This document shows positions 1 through 11,200 of a DNA stretch of 64,000 bases, piece by piece. Both the position numbers and the translations under genes were made by a program. Every line of letters starts with the position of its first letter. Positions within the stretch are counted from its first letter, which is position 1. The DNA lies in contig NIVC01001918.1 of the NCBI GenBank assembly GCA_002269645.1, positions 62,001 to 126,000 on the forward strand, in the 5' to 3' direction. This DNA is from Macrostomum lignano. Taxonomy: Eukaryota. The notes beneath the pieces are model-generated. The model worked only from the letters and a program-made list of their open reading frames with translations. It did no database searches and was not told where the DNA came from.

Positions 1-1
1 C

Positions 2-2350
2 ACGGAGAAGGGTCTCTATCGGTACAAGCGGGTTTGTTTCGGTCTCAACAGCGCTCCGGCAGCTTTCCAGAAGGTGCTGAGCAAGATTCTGCACGGCTGT
101 TCAGGAACGGTGCACTACATCGACGACATAGTCGTGCACGCTGCCAGTGAGGCTGAGCATCACAAGCGACTCACTGCGGTGCTCGACAAGCTGCTGGCCC
201 ACGGCGTCACTCTGAACGCAGGCAAGTGCCAGTGGGCTGCTGAGTCTGTGCAGTTCCTGGGCTACATCGTCTCTGGAAGCGGCCTGCGACCGATGCAGTC
301 AAACGTGGACGCTATCGAGCAGGTGCCGGAGCCGAAGAGCGCTGAGGCGGTGGCGGCATTCCTTGGAATGGTGAAATTTTACGCGAACTTTCTTCAAAAC
401 CTGTCGGATGTCGCCGAGCCGCTGCTGAGGCTGCTGAGGAAAGACGTGCCCTGGCACTGGTCCGCAGTCTGCCAGAAGGCCTTCACAACGCTCAAGAAGA
501 TGGTGCTGGCGCCGACCTGTCTGAGGTTCTTCAGCCCGGATGAGAAGATCATCGTTGCCTGCGACAGCTCGGCGCACGCTCTGGGCGCCGTTCTGCTTCA
601 AGAAGACGGCGCCGGCGTCCGGAGACCAGTCGCGTTTGCGTCCAGAACTCTGTCAGCGACTGAGCGCAAGTACTCCGCGTCTGAAAGAGAGGCATTGGCA
701 TGCATCTTCGCCTGTGAGAGGTGGCACTATTTCCTGTTCGGCCGAAGATTCGAGCTGCACACGGACCATCAGGCGCTGACTACGTTGCTGACGGCTCAGG
801 GCAGCGGCCACCGGCCATTGAGACTGCACCGGTGGGCCGACCGCCTGCTCGCGTATGACTTCCAGGTCTGCCACGTTCCGGGGAAAAAGAACACCGTTTC
901 GGACTTTTTGTCGCGACACGGCGCCCGCAACGACAGCATCGAGGAGGACCCGGCGGAGCTCCAAGTGAACGCCGTCCTGCTGTCTGGCGCGCTGCAGATC
1001 GTGAGCCCAAGCGAACTGGCTGAGGCATCTCTACAGGACCCGGTGATCAGCCAGGCGATCGAGATGACGCTGGAGGGCTGGCCAAGTTCCATCAAGCAGT
1101 TGAGGCCGGAGCTGCAGCCGTTCTGGCGGATCAAGGAGCAGCTCACAGTCTGGAATGAAGGCAAGTGCCTGGCGAATGGGTTGCGCGCGGTGATCCCCGC
1201 GTCGTTGAGAGAGAAGACGCTGCAGCTGGCGCACTTTGGGCACCTCGGAGTGAGCAGAATGAAACAGCACTGCCGGGACTCGGTCTGGTGGCCGCAGATC
1301 GACAGCCAAATCGAGGAGTTCGTGCGGCACTGCGAGGCCTGCCTGCTCAGCGAGAAAAACTTCAAGCCATCCAAGACGGTGCTGACTCCGACGAAGTGGC
1401 CGACGCGACCTTGGGAGGAGCTTCAGCTCGACATCTTCGGGGAGCTGCATTCGGCGCCGAACTCATGTCGCTTCATTCTGGTGCTGTACGACCTGCATTC
1501 GAAGTGGCCAGAAGCAGCCTGCATGTCCACAGTGACCACAGCTGACGTGATCGACGCCCTGACGACGTGGTTCAGCCGCTGGGGACTCCCAAAGAGCATC
1601 AACACGGACGGCGGGCCGCAGTTCATGTCCGGTGACTTCAAAGACTTCCTCCAGCGCTGCGGCATCCAGCACCGCCAGTCGCCGCACTACCACCCGCAAG
1701 GCAACGCTGCAGTCGAGCGCTTCAACCGGTTTCTGAAAGACGGCCTGAAGACGCACCTGCAGGACGGTTACGGCTTCAAGGATGCGGTGAGGGCACTGCT
1801 GTGGTCATACCGGGCCACCCCGCACGCACTGACGGGGGTGTCACCGGCGGAGCTGATGACGAGCCGGAAAATCAGCACCCCGCTGACCGCACTGCAGCCA
1901 AGGACGCCATCGCAGCACAACCTGGCAGGCAGCATCAGGCAGAAGCAGCAGCGAGTCTTCAGCAAGCTCAACTCGGCCAGGAGGCCTCCGCCGGTGTTCA
2001 AGGTCGGCGACTGGGTGCGCGTGAGGCGGCCGTTCGCGCGTGGCAAGCTGAGCAGCCGGCTGTCCGAGCCACTGGAGATCTCGAGAATCGCGAGCGCCAC
2101 CACAGTGATCCTCAGTAACGGCTCTCGGTGGCACGTCGACAACTGCGTGCGGGTGGAGCGGCCGGCGGGAGCGCTGCCGCAGTGGCCCGCGCCAGCCGCC
2201 ACGACCGCTCCGACACCCGCGGCGGCGGCGGGAGCGGCGGCGGAGGCGGCCAAAGAGCTGCCGCTGCATGAAGGAGCACCGACGGCAATTCGAGCGAGTG
2301 TGAGGAGTCGGGCTCCACCGCAGTGGTACGGGGATGTGGTGACTCATTGA
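2..2350 (+). CDS. pol: Gypsy Pol polyprotein (RT C-terminus, RNase H, integrase), 5'-truncated by window edge
   Basis: Frame open from base 2 (TEKGLYRYKRVCFGLNSAPAAFQ). RT HYIDDIVV; RNase H ACDSSAHALGAVL and ELHTDHQAL; integrase zinc finger H..GHLG...C..C; D-D-E core (LDIFG, TDGGPQF, ERFNR); GPY/F-like FKVGDWV. No stops or frameshifts. Confidence 0.95.
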   Translation, partial: TEKGLYRYKRVCFGLNSAPAAFQKVLSKILHGCSGTVHYIDDIVVHAASEAEHHKRLTAVLDKLLAHGVTLNAGKCQWAAESVQFLGYIVSGSGLRPMQSNVDAIEQVPEPKSAEAVAAFLGMVKFYANFLQNLSDVAEPLLRLLRKDVPWHWSAVCQKAFTTLKKMVLAPTCLRFFSPDEKIIVACDSSAHALGAVLLQEDGAGVRRPVAFASRTLSATERKYSASEREALACIFACERWHYFLFGRRFELHTDHQALTTLLTAQGSGHRPLRLHRWADRLLAYDFQVCHVPGKKNTVSDFLSRHGARNDSIEEDPAELQVNAVLLSGALQIVSPSELAEASLQDPVISQAIEMTLEGWPSSIKQLRPELQPFWRIKEQLTVWNEGKCLANGLRAVIPASLREKTLQLAHFGHLGVSRMKQHCRDSVWWPQIDSQIEEFVRHCEACLLSEKNFKPSKTVLTPTKWPTRPWEELQLDIFGELHSAPNSCRFILVLYDLHSKWPEAACMSTVTTADVIDALTTWFSRWGLPKSINTDGGPQFMSGDFKDFLQRCGIQHRQSPHYHPQGNAAVERFNRFLKDGLKTHLQDGYGFKDAVRALLWSYRATPHALTGVSPAELMTSRKISTPLTALQPRTPSQHNLAGSIRQKQQRVFSKLNSARRPPPVFKVGDWVRVRRPFARGKLSSRLSEPLEISRIASATTVILSNGSRWHVDNCVRVERPAGALPQWPAPAATTAPTPAAAAGAAAEAAKELPLHEGAPTAIRASVRSRAPPQWYGDVVTH

Positions 2351-2576
2351 TTGCAATGACTGAAAAGGACTTTTGAGTTGCAAGCCTTTGGTTTTCGAGT
2401 TTTCTATTTGAGGGTTTTGAAATTGGAACTTAATGTCGAACTTTTTCAAATATTTTATTCCGATATCAAAAAAATATTTTATTCCTAATATTCATGTCTG
2501 TTTTATTGCTCTTGAATATGTAATCGATTTTCGAATATTTCATCGACAAGGCAACTCGTTCGCGAGGGAGAGTGAA

Positions 2577-2740
2577 TGTTGTGTAGTTGGTTTGCAGATA
2601 TGTACATATGCTATGTACATCTGTTTTCCGATATTGATCTGTCGCAGCTAAATGAATATATAAGTATAAATATACCAGTCGGTAGGCCAACTTGGGCTAA
2701 GTTCGTGTGTACCCCTAAATTCAGTCTGACTTTCTCAACA
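2577..2740 (+). repeat. 3' LTR (164 bp)
   Basis: TG...CA ends with 5-bp terminal inverted repeat TGTTG/CAACA, directly after the PPT. The partner LTR is not in the window. Confidence 0.75.
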
Positions 2741-2754
2741 CCAGACTTACATGT

Positions 2755-3602
2755 ACCTGACACAATCGATTCCTGACATTTTTGATCCACCTGACACAAT
2801 CGATTCCTGACATTGTTGACCAACTGACACACAATCGATTCCTGACATTGTTGGCCAACCTGACACAATCGATTCCAGACATTTTTGATCCACCTGACAC
2901 AATCGATTCCTGAAATTTTTGATCCACCTGACAGAATCGATTCCTGACATTTTTGATCCGACTGACACACAATCGATTCCTGACATTGTTGACCAACCTG
3001 ACACAATCGATTCCTGACATTGTTGACTTACCTGACACAATCGATTCCTGACATTGTTGATCCAACTGACACAGTCGATTCCTGACATTGTTGACCAACT
3101 GACACACAATCGATTCCTGACATTGTTGGCCAACCTGACACAATCGATTCCTGACATTTTTGATCCAACTGACACAATCGATTCCTGACATTTTTGATCC
3201 AACTGACACAATTGATTCCTGACATTTTTTATCCAACTGACATAATCGATTCCTGACATTTTTGATCTAACTGACAGAATCGATTCCTGACATTGCTGGC
3301 CCAACTGACAGAATCGATTCCTGACATTGTTGATCCAACTGACACACAATCGATTCCTGACATTGTTGAACTAACTGACACAATCGATTCCTGACATTGT
3401 TGAACTAACTGACACAATCGATTCCTGACATTGTTGGCCCAACTGACACAATCGATTCCTGACATTGTTGGCCCAACTGACACAATCGATTCCTGACATT
3501 TTTTATCTAACTGACACAATCGATTCCTGACATTGCTGGCCCAACTGACACAATCGATTCCTGACATTGTTGATCCAACTGACACACAATCGATTCCTGA
3601 CC
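2755..3602. repeat. 34-36 bp minisatellite (CTGACACAATCGATTCCTGACATTTTTGATCCAA-like)
   Basis: Visible period of 34 with +AC variants; about 24 units. Confidence 0.95.
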
Positions 3603-4510
3603 TCGCTGACAAACTGGCCACTGATTCGCTATACCTTCAACTCATGACCCCTTGACCCTGACCTTTTGACCCTAAACCTCCTGAGGCGCCTTGCAGAGCC
3701 GATTTGAAAAAATTGAATGTTCAAGAAAGATCTCTACCAAGATTATCTACTTAGATAGTCCCTACGAGTAGCAAGATTCTTCACGGCGATTTCCCGTCAG
3801 GCGTCTCCCGCACTCGCAGAAGCCGACTGATTCGCCAGTAGATAGAGCTGGCCAAGCGGCCGCATTGATCTCCAGGTCCGGAGTCTCAAGCCCGATCCGA
3901 GGCTCCCGCGCCACCTGCAGTTTCTCCCACGACCCAGCGGCGCACACGGCTTCCGCCAGTGACATTCGGCTTATTCCAAATTAGTGCTCCGACATGCCCT
4001 GATCCCCGAGCTGCCCTCAGTTCCCAGACTGTGACTTTGCTGGGCAGTTGGAGCGCTGGGATTCTGGGGAACACGAGAGAAAAGGGGAATAAATCAAAAT
4101 ATTCGCCCTCCAAAATGCCCGGTTTCTCTCCCCCCAACCCGACATCAAATCCTCAATCTAAAGCCTCTGAGCCGGGAATCTTCTCTTCCTTATTCCCATT
4201 CCGCTCTCTTCTCAGATGCTGCGACACCTCTAGGGATATTGGGCTCGCAGAAGTTTCAAAAGAACGTTTTTCGAGCCTCAAAACCCGATCGGGTTTCCGA
4301 ACTTTCCCGGCTTACAGAAGATCGAGCTGTTATGAAATTTTCAGTTTCATTCACCTATACTCGTAAAATAGCACCAACATAACACCATATTCGAGGGTGA
4401 CTAATCTGCACTTCTTTAAAATAATCATTATAATAACTAAAGTATTAAAACTAAGTTTTAAGTTTTCCTACTGGCGGATCCATCTGGTCAACTACTCGTA
4501 CTTTACCAAT

Positions 4511-5105
4511 TAAATCGCTTTTAGCCCCTCCCCACTCTCTGTACAGCAGCCCCCTCACTCCTTGTCCCTCGCCCGCCAATCAAATTGCTTTTAGACCCTC
4601 CCCACTCTCTGTACAGCAGCCCCCTCACTCCTTGTCCCTCGCCCGCCAATCAAATTGCTTTTAGACCCTCCCCACTCTCTGTACAGCAGCCCCCTCACTC
4701 CTTGTCCCTCGCCCGCCAATCAAATTGCTTTTAGACCCTCCCCACTCTCTGTACAGCAGCCACCTCACTCCTTGTCCCTCGCCCGCCAATCAAATCGCTT
4801 TTAGCCCCTCCCCACTCTCTGTACAGCAGCCACTCCACTCCCTGTCCCTCGCCCTCCAATCAAATTGCTTTTAGACCCTCCCCACTCTCTGTACAGCAGC
4901 CCCCTCACTCCTTGTCCCTCGCCCGCCAATCAAATTGCTTTTAGACCCTCCCCACTCTCTGTACAGCAGCCCCCTCACTCCTTGTCCCTCGCCCGCCAAT
5001 CAAATTGCTTTTAGACCCTCCCCACTCTCTGTACAGCAGCCACCTCACTCCTTGTCCCTCGCCCGCCAATCAAATTGCTTTTAGACCCTCCCAACTCTCT
5101 GTAAA
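4511..5105. repeat. 70-bp tandem repeat, about 8.5 copies
   Basis: GCTT anchor at 4517, 4587, 4657 ... 5077. Confidence 0.95.
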
Positions 5106-5208
5106 GCAGCCGCCTCTGCAGCCACTTCCTTCCAGCCAATCAACTCGCTCCCAGCCTGATCCTCATCAAGAGCTCAATCAACCTTGCTAAACGCAGACAA
5201 ATGCGAAG

Positions 5209-8200
5209 ATGCCGCTTCCATGTCTGCCGCTGCTGCTACTGTTGCTTCTTAATCCGCTGCCGTCCCGAGGGGTCGCCTCCGCGCGATTCGCTCTGACCAC
5301 GCCAGAGGAAACGGCGCCGCCGTACAGCTTGGGCAACGCAGCCGACTACCTTGGCGGCAGCTTCGCCGGAATTGGCAGCGGCGAAGGCGGAGGCAACGGC
5401 AGCCTCCGCTACGCGATGGAGAGCCGCGACCCATTCGTCGATGTCCACCCAACCAGCGGAAACATTCGTCTGCTGTTTCGAATCGACCTGGAGTCAATGT
5501 GCCGCCAGCAATTGCGAATGAGCGCCTCCACGAGCTGCCCGCGCGGCGCCGAGGTCGGTCAGCACCGGTTCACCATCGCAGTTCGCCGCGAGTCCGCATC
5601 ATCTGGCGCCAGCGCTGCCGCAGCCTCGCCAATTGTCCGACTATCGTTTCTACTGAACATCACGGACGTCAACGATCATTCGCCGCAATTCCCAGCCAAC
5701 ACTGTCGACATTCGCCGCGACGAGTCGGTGTGCATCGTCATCCCGCAGCCGTGCCAGAATCGGCGAATCGACCTGCCGGTAGCCGAGGACGCCGACTATT
5801 CGGGGGAGTTCAGCCGGGTCGCCTACGCGGTCGCGCCGGAGAGCATGAGCCCCGAGACCGCCGAGACCTTCGAGCTCAAGATGGACGACTTCGGGGCGCC
5901 GTTTCTCTATCTGCTGCGCGGCCTGGATGCAGAGAGGCGCCAATTCTATCAGTTTGACCTGCTGGCCCGGGACAGCCGCGGCCGGGAGGGCCGGACCCAC
6001 GTGCGCGTCACCGTGCAGGATGACAACGACAACAGCCCGAAGTTCGAGACGCGCCACACCGTCATGTCCGTCAGCGAGAGCCAGCCGGTCGGCTCCATCG
6101 TAGTCAAGGTGAGGGCGCGGGGACCGGGGTAGAGGGAATGGGGCGGAAGTCGGTGGAGATGGGGGCGGAAGTCGGTGGAGATGGGGGCGGAAGTCGGTGG
6201 AGATGGGGGCGGAAGTTCGGTGGAGATGGGGGTGGAAGTTGTGGAAGTGAGATCAGAGATGGAAATGAGCTGAGATCAGAGACGGAAGTGAGGTGAGATC
6301 AGAGACGGAAATGAGCTGAGATCAGAGACGGAAGTGATGTGAGATAGACACGGAAGTGAGGTGAGATCAGAGACGGAAGTGAGGTGAGATCAGAGACGGA
6401 AGTGAGCTGAGATCAGAGATGGAAATGAGGTGAGATCAGAGATGGAAATGAGGTGAGATCAGAGATGGAAATGAGGTGAGATCAGAGATGGAAATGAGGT
6501 GAGATCAGAGACGGAAGTGAGCTGAGATCAGAGACGGAAGTGAGCTGAGATCAGAGACGGAAGTGAGCTGAGATCCGAGACGGAAGTGAGCTGAGATCAG
6601 AGATGGAAGTGAGCTGAGATCAGAGATGGAAATGAGGTGAGATCAGATATGGAAATGAGGTGAGATCAGAGACGGAAGTGAGCTGAGATCAGAGACGGAA
6701 GTGAGCTGAGATCAGAGACGGAAGTGAGCTGAGATCCGAGACGGAAGTGAGCTGAGATCCGAGACGGAAGTGAGGTGAGATCAGAGACGGAAGTGAGGTG
6801 AGATAGACATGGAAGCGAGCTGAGATAGACACGGAAGTGAGGTGAGATTAGAGATGTGAACTGTGTGGTACCAGTGGAGAACATTTTTAAAACCGAGATG
6901 CTCTCTGAGATTTTGTTGCTGATTAAAATGCAAGGCTAAGAGTCTCAGTCAGGGCGCATTCCCATCACTTATGATTCCCCAGTCACCGGAACCCCTCTCC
7001 AGACCTCGATTGAGCCATAATAAAAATTAAAAAATTGCTCTCAGACACGAGCTATCTCTTCCCCTACCGCAGCAATCGCCTCGGTAAGCGCGTGAATTTT
7101 CAGAAAAAAAGATTTTTTTGGAAAATGAATAAAATTATTTAATAAAAATATTTCGTCCCCCACGCCAGCTTTATCTCTCATCTCGCGCTCACCTGCCCGT
7201 TTTTTGAGGGGGGGGGGGTCGATCGATCTCTTCATAGGCGTCTAACAGTCGGCCACGACGCAGCATTCTGGTTGGCAACGGTAGCTCTAAAGTCCCTCTA
7301 AGTCCCACCCATCCCCCCCCCCGACAAAAAATTCAGGAACTAATAGAAAAGGATTTTCAGTATAGGGAGGTTGCAGCTTTGCCGCCGCCGCCGCCGCCGC
7401 CGCCGCAACTGCGCTGGGCCCGCGAGGCGCCAGCCGGGGCACCCATCCATCAAAATTGGATAAACCAATCTACAGGCTTACTGTGTCCACCGCCTTCCCC
7501 CCAGAGAGACAGACAGACAGGCAGCCACTAGAGAGAGGAGGATGGAGATGGCACACGCGAGCAGTGCTGCACCGATATGCGCACAGAGCACAAATCTATG
7601 CAGAGATAGTGCGAGTGATCCCTGATTTATCCTCCCTTGCTCAGCTCCACTTTCACTCAAACAAAACTGCCCAACCAGTTGAATGAAAACTGCATAGTTA
7701 TTGCTGGGGTGGCCTGGCTAAAGCTTAGTCCAGGTGTTTTCTAACGGGGATTAATTTCCTGGGAGAAATTCAGATCGCTGGGACCTTGCCGAGTGTTTCA
7801 AGAGTCTTGGCTGACTCCAATTCTGTCTGCGAGTCAAGAGGCAGCTATATTCCTTATTTACCTTGAGTCCGTCTGACTCAGAAGAAAAAGAAGAGTATTG
7901 TTGCAACATAAATAGCTTCATTTTCTTTTTGGGTCATCCGGTTTGCCCTTCATTTTGGAAACAAGGAGTCAATGTACTCGTGTACTACCATTACAAAATC
8001 CAATTGCACAACCTAAACTCTAATTGATTGCGCAACCTAAACTCTAATTGATTGCGCAACCTAAACTCTAATTACACAACCTAAACTAAAACTGCACAAC
8101 CTAAACTCCAATTACACAACCTAAACTCCAATTGCACAACCTAAACTCGAATTACACAACCTAAACTCCAATTACACAACCTAAACTCCAATTACACAAC

Positions 8201-11200
8201 CTAAACTCTAATTGCACAACCTAAACTCGAATTACACAACCTAAACTCCAATTGCACAATCTAAACTCCAATTGCACAACCTAAACTCGAATTACACAAC
8301 CTAAACTCTAATTGCACAACCTAAACTCGAATTACACAACCTAAACTCCAATTGCACAACCTAAACTCGAATTACACAACCTAAACTCCAATTGCACAAC
8401 CTAAACTCCAATTGCACAACCTAAACTCCAATTGCATAACCTAAACTCCAATTGCACAACCTAAACTCCAATTGCATAACCTAAACTCCAATTGCACAAC
8501 CTAAACTCGAATTACACAACCTAAACTCCAATTGCACAACCTAAACTCGAATTACACAACCTAAACTCCAATTACACAACCTAAACTCTGACTACACAAC
8601 CTAAACTCTAATTGCACAACCTAAACTCGAATTACACAACCTAAACTCCAATTGCACAACCTAAACTCGAATTACACAACCTAAACTCCAATTACACAAC
8701 CTAAACTCTGACTACACAACCTAAACTCCAATTGCACAACCTAAACTCGAATTACACAACCTAAACTCCAATTGCACAACCTAAACTCTGACTACACAAC
8801 CTAAACTCCAATTGCACAACCTAAACTCGAATTACACAACCTAAACTCCAATTGCACAACCTAAACTCGAATTACACAACCTAAACTCCAATTGCACAAC
8901 CTAAACTCCGGTTGCAGCTGGTCGCAACAGACGCCGACCTGCACCACAAGTTGAGCTACTCCATCGATGCCGGCTCGCCAGAGGAGTCCCGACGACATTT
9001 CAGCGTCCTGCAGGACGGCAGCGTGGTGATCAAGCAGCCGTTGGACTACGAGGCCCAGGCGGAGCACCAGTTCCTCGTTCGCGTCGACGACGGTCGATTT
9101 GACGACAAAGCCACGGTGCGCGTGCGCGTGCTGGATGCCAACGACAACCCGCCGGAGTACACGGAGACCGGACCATTCCAGGTGGATGAGGGCGCACCGA
9201 CCAACCAGCTCGTTGGCAGCGTGAGAGCCTCCGACAGGGACACCGGGCCGGGCGGCCAGGTGCACTGCTCGCCAATTGACGACGCCGAGAGCAGCGGCCT
9301 CCGTCTGGTTCCCAGCGACGTCGGCGTGGCGAATGTGTTCAACATCCTGACTGTGCGCAGCTTTGATCGGGAGCAGCATCCCGTGGCTCTGGCCCGGCTT
9401 GCCTGCGCAGACAGCGGCCAGCCCAGCCTCAGCAGCACGCACACGGCCACCGTCCGGATCCTGGATCTTAACGACAACTCGCCCGTTTTCTTGGACGCGG
9501 ACAAGTGGGGCCAAATTGGAGTCAGCGTGTCCGAGGCCCGACAGCCGGGCGCCAAAGTGACGCAACTGCGAGCGCACGACCTGGACGAGGGCAAAAACGC
9601 CCTGCTGGCCTACCGCCTGATCGACGACGGAACCGGTGACGCCAGATTCTTCGCCGTCGACAGCGCCAGCGGGATGCTGCGCGCCGCGGTCAGTCTGGAC
9701 AGAGAGACGCGCGCCACCTACCAGATCCGGGTAGAAGCCGCCGACTCAGGCCAGCCACCGCGCAGTGCCGTGGTAGTTATCCGCGTCAGGGTCCGGGATG
9801 TCAACGACAACGCGCCGGAGTTCGTCGGGCCGCGAGAGCTCGCGCTGCCGGAGAACACGGAGCCACCCGTGGTTCTGGGACGTCTGAACGCCACTGACGC
9901 TGACGAGGGTGAGGAGTGCAATGAATTCTTGGCAGTACATGCACCTCTGCAGTATCTACACTGCAGCACTCATTGTTTGGCTGACAAGGATTTAGACGTC
10001 GACTCTCGCGCCATGACCCTTGGTTTGATTCCATGCAAGCCACATTCATTTGGGGCTTGAAGGAGTTGCGTTAGGGTGCCCACAGCTCTTCTCAAAGTTA
10101 TTGAAATATTCTTAAGTACGCTCGTAGCATCTCCACCCCTTCCCTGTGCAGGTGTCAACTCCCAGGTGTTATTCACGCTTGTGCAGCCGACTCCGGACTC
10201 ATCGCCGCTGTTCCGCGTGGATCCGGACGGCACCGTCACGGTGCTTCGTCGGCTGGACCGCGAGCAGCTCAGCCAGCACCACCTGACTGTTCGGCTTGCC
10301 GACCGCGGCCAGCCGCCAAAGCTAACCGACGCCCAGCTGACCGTCCGCGTGCTGGACGAGAACGACTCTCCGCCGAGGATTGTTCAGCCGGCACCGAACT
10401 CCAGCGCCCCGGCCGCGCGAATCAGCATCTACACGCATCCGCCTGGCAAGCCGGTGCTCACCGTCCGCGCCGACGACGCCGACGAAGGCGCCAACGCTCG
10501 CATAGAATTCTCCCTGGCTGCGCCCGACGCTTTCCCACCGCGGTTCGGCGTCGACGCGGCAACCGGCCAGGTGCGGGTGGCTCGCGAGCTCGGCTTGGCT
10601 GATGTTCGCCGTCATCGCCTGCTGGTGAGGGCCAGCAACCCGGGCACGAGCCTGGCCGATACTGCGGTGCGTACAAACTCTTCGATTCAAGCACTAGAAG
10701 TATGTCGCTTTCGTGTCCCGGTTTCCATTGGAGGCATCCAAGCTTATGCAGGATTAATTCATGCTATTGATTTTTAATTTTAGTCTACGAGCGTATGACG
10801 GAAAACAGAGATGAACAACCAACCCTAAATCCCGTGGATGAACGAAAGAAATGGGTTGCTAGATGCTCAATTTATTTCAGGACTTGCTATAGACATTGCC
10901 ATATCACAGCGGCTTACCGCACTCACAAAGGGGCTGAATGACATAGTGGTAAACGCGATTGACTCTCGCGCCACTACTCCCAGCTTCCCCCAACCCCAGA
11001 CCCAAGGCACAGAGAGTGTACATGCCCGACGATATTGGGTCGCGGTACACCATCCCTGTGTGTGCGTGTGTACGAGTACGCGTCTTTTTTGTACAATGCG
11101 AATAATATTGTCCGTAAGCTTGTCTCTAGGGCTTTTAGGCTTGCCAGACAATATGTCTACCCTATCCCTCCTCATAGATTCTGCACATCGACGTGGACAA

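Larger units (their letters stand above)
1..2740 (+). mobile_element. Ty3/Gypsy LTR retrotransposon, 3' part (pol, PPT, 3' LTR); 5' part lies outside the window
   Basis: Pol domain order RT-RNaseH-IN. Polypurine tract GAGGGAGAGTGAA at 2564-2576 is followed directly by TGTTG(2577)...CAACA(2740). Confidence 0.93.

Noticed and set aside
2755-3602. CRISPR-like look of the 28-41 bp arrays
   Set aside because: Units are contiguous with no unique spacers, there are no cas genes, and the context is spliceosomal.
3762-4366. Short ORFs on both strands between the 34-bp and 70-bp arrays
   Set aside because: No recognisable domain or convincing splice frame; may be pcdh 5' UTR or promoter sequence.
6109-6132. 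ORF-track extension of pcdh exon 1 to the stop at 6132 (and similar overruns at 9909-10060 and 10667-10777)
   Set aside because: Good GT donors at 6109, 9909 and 10667 splice in phase and restore cadherin motifs.
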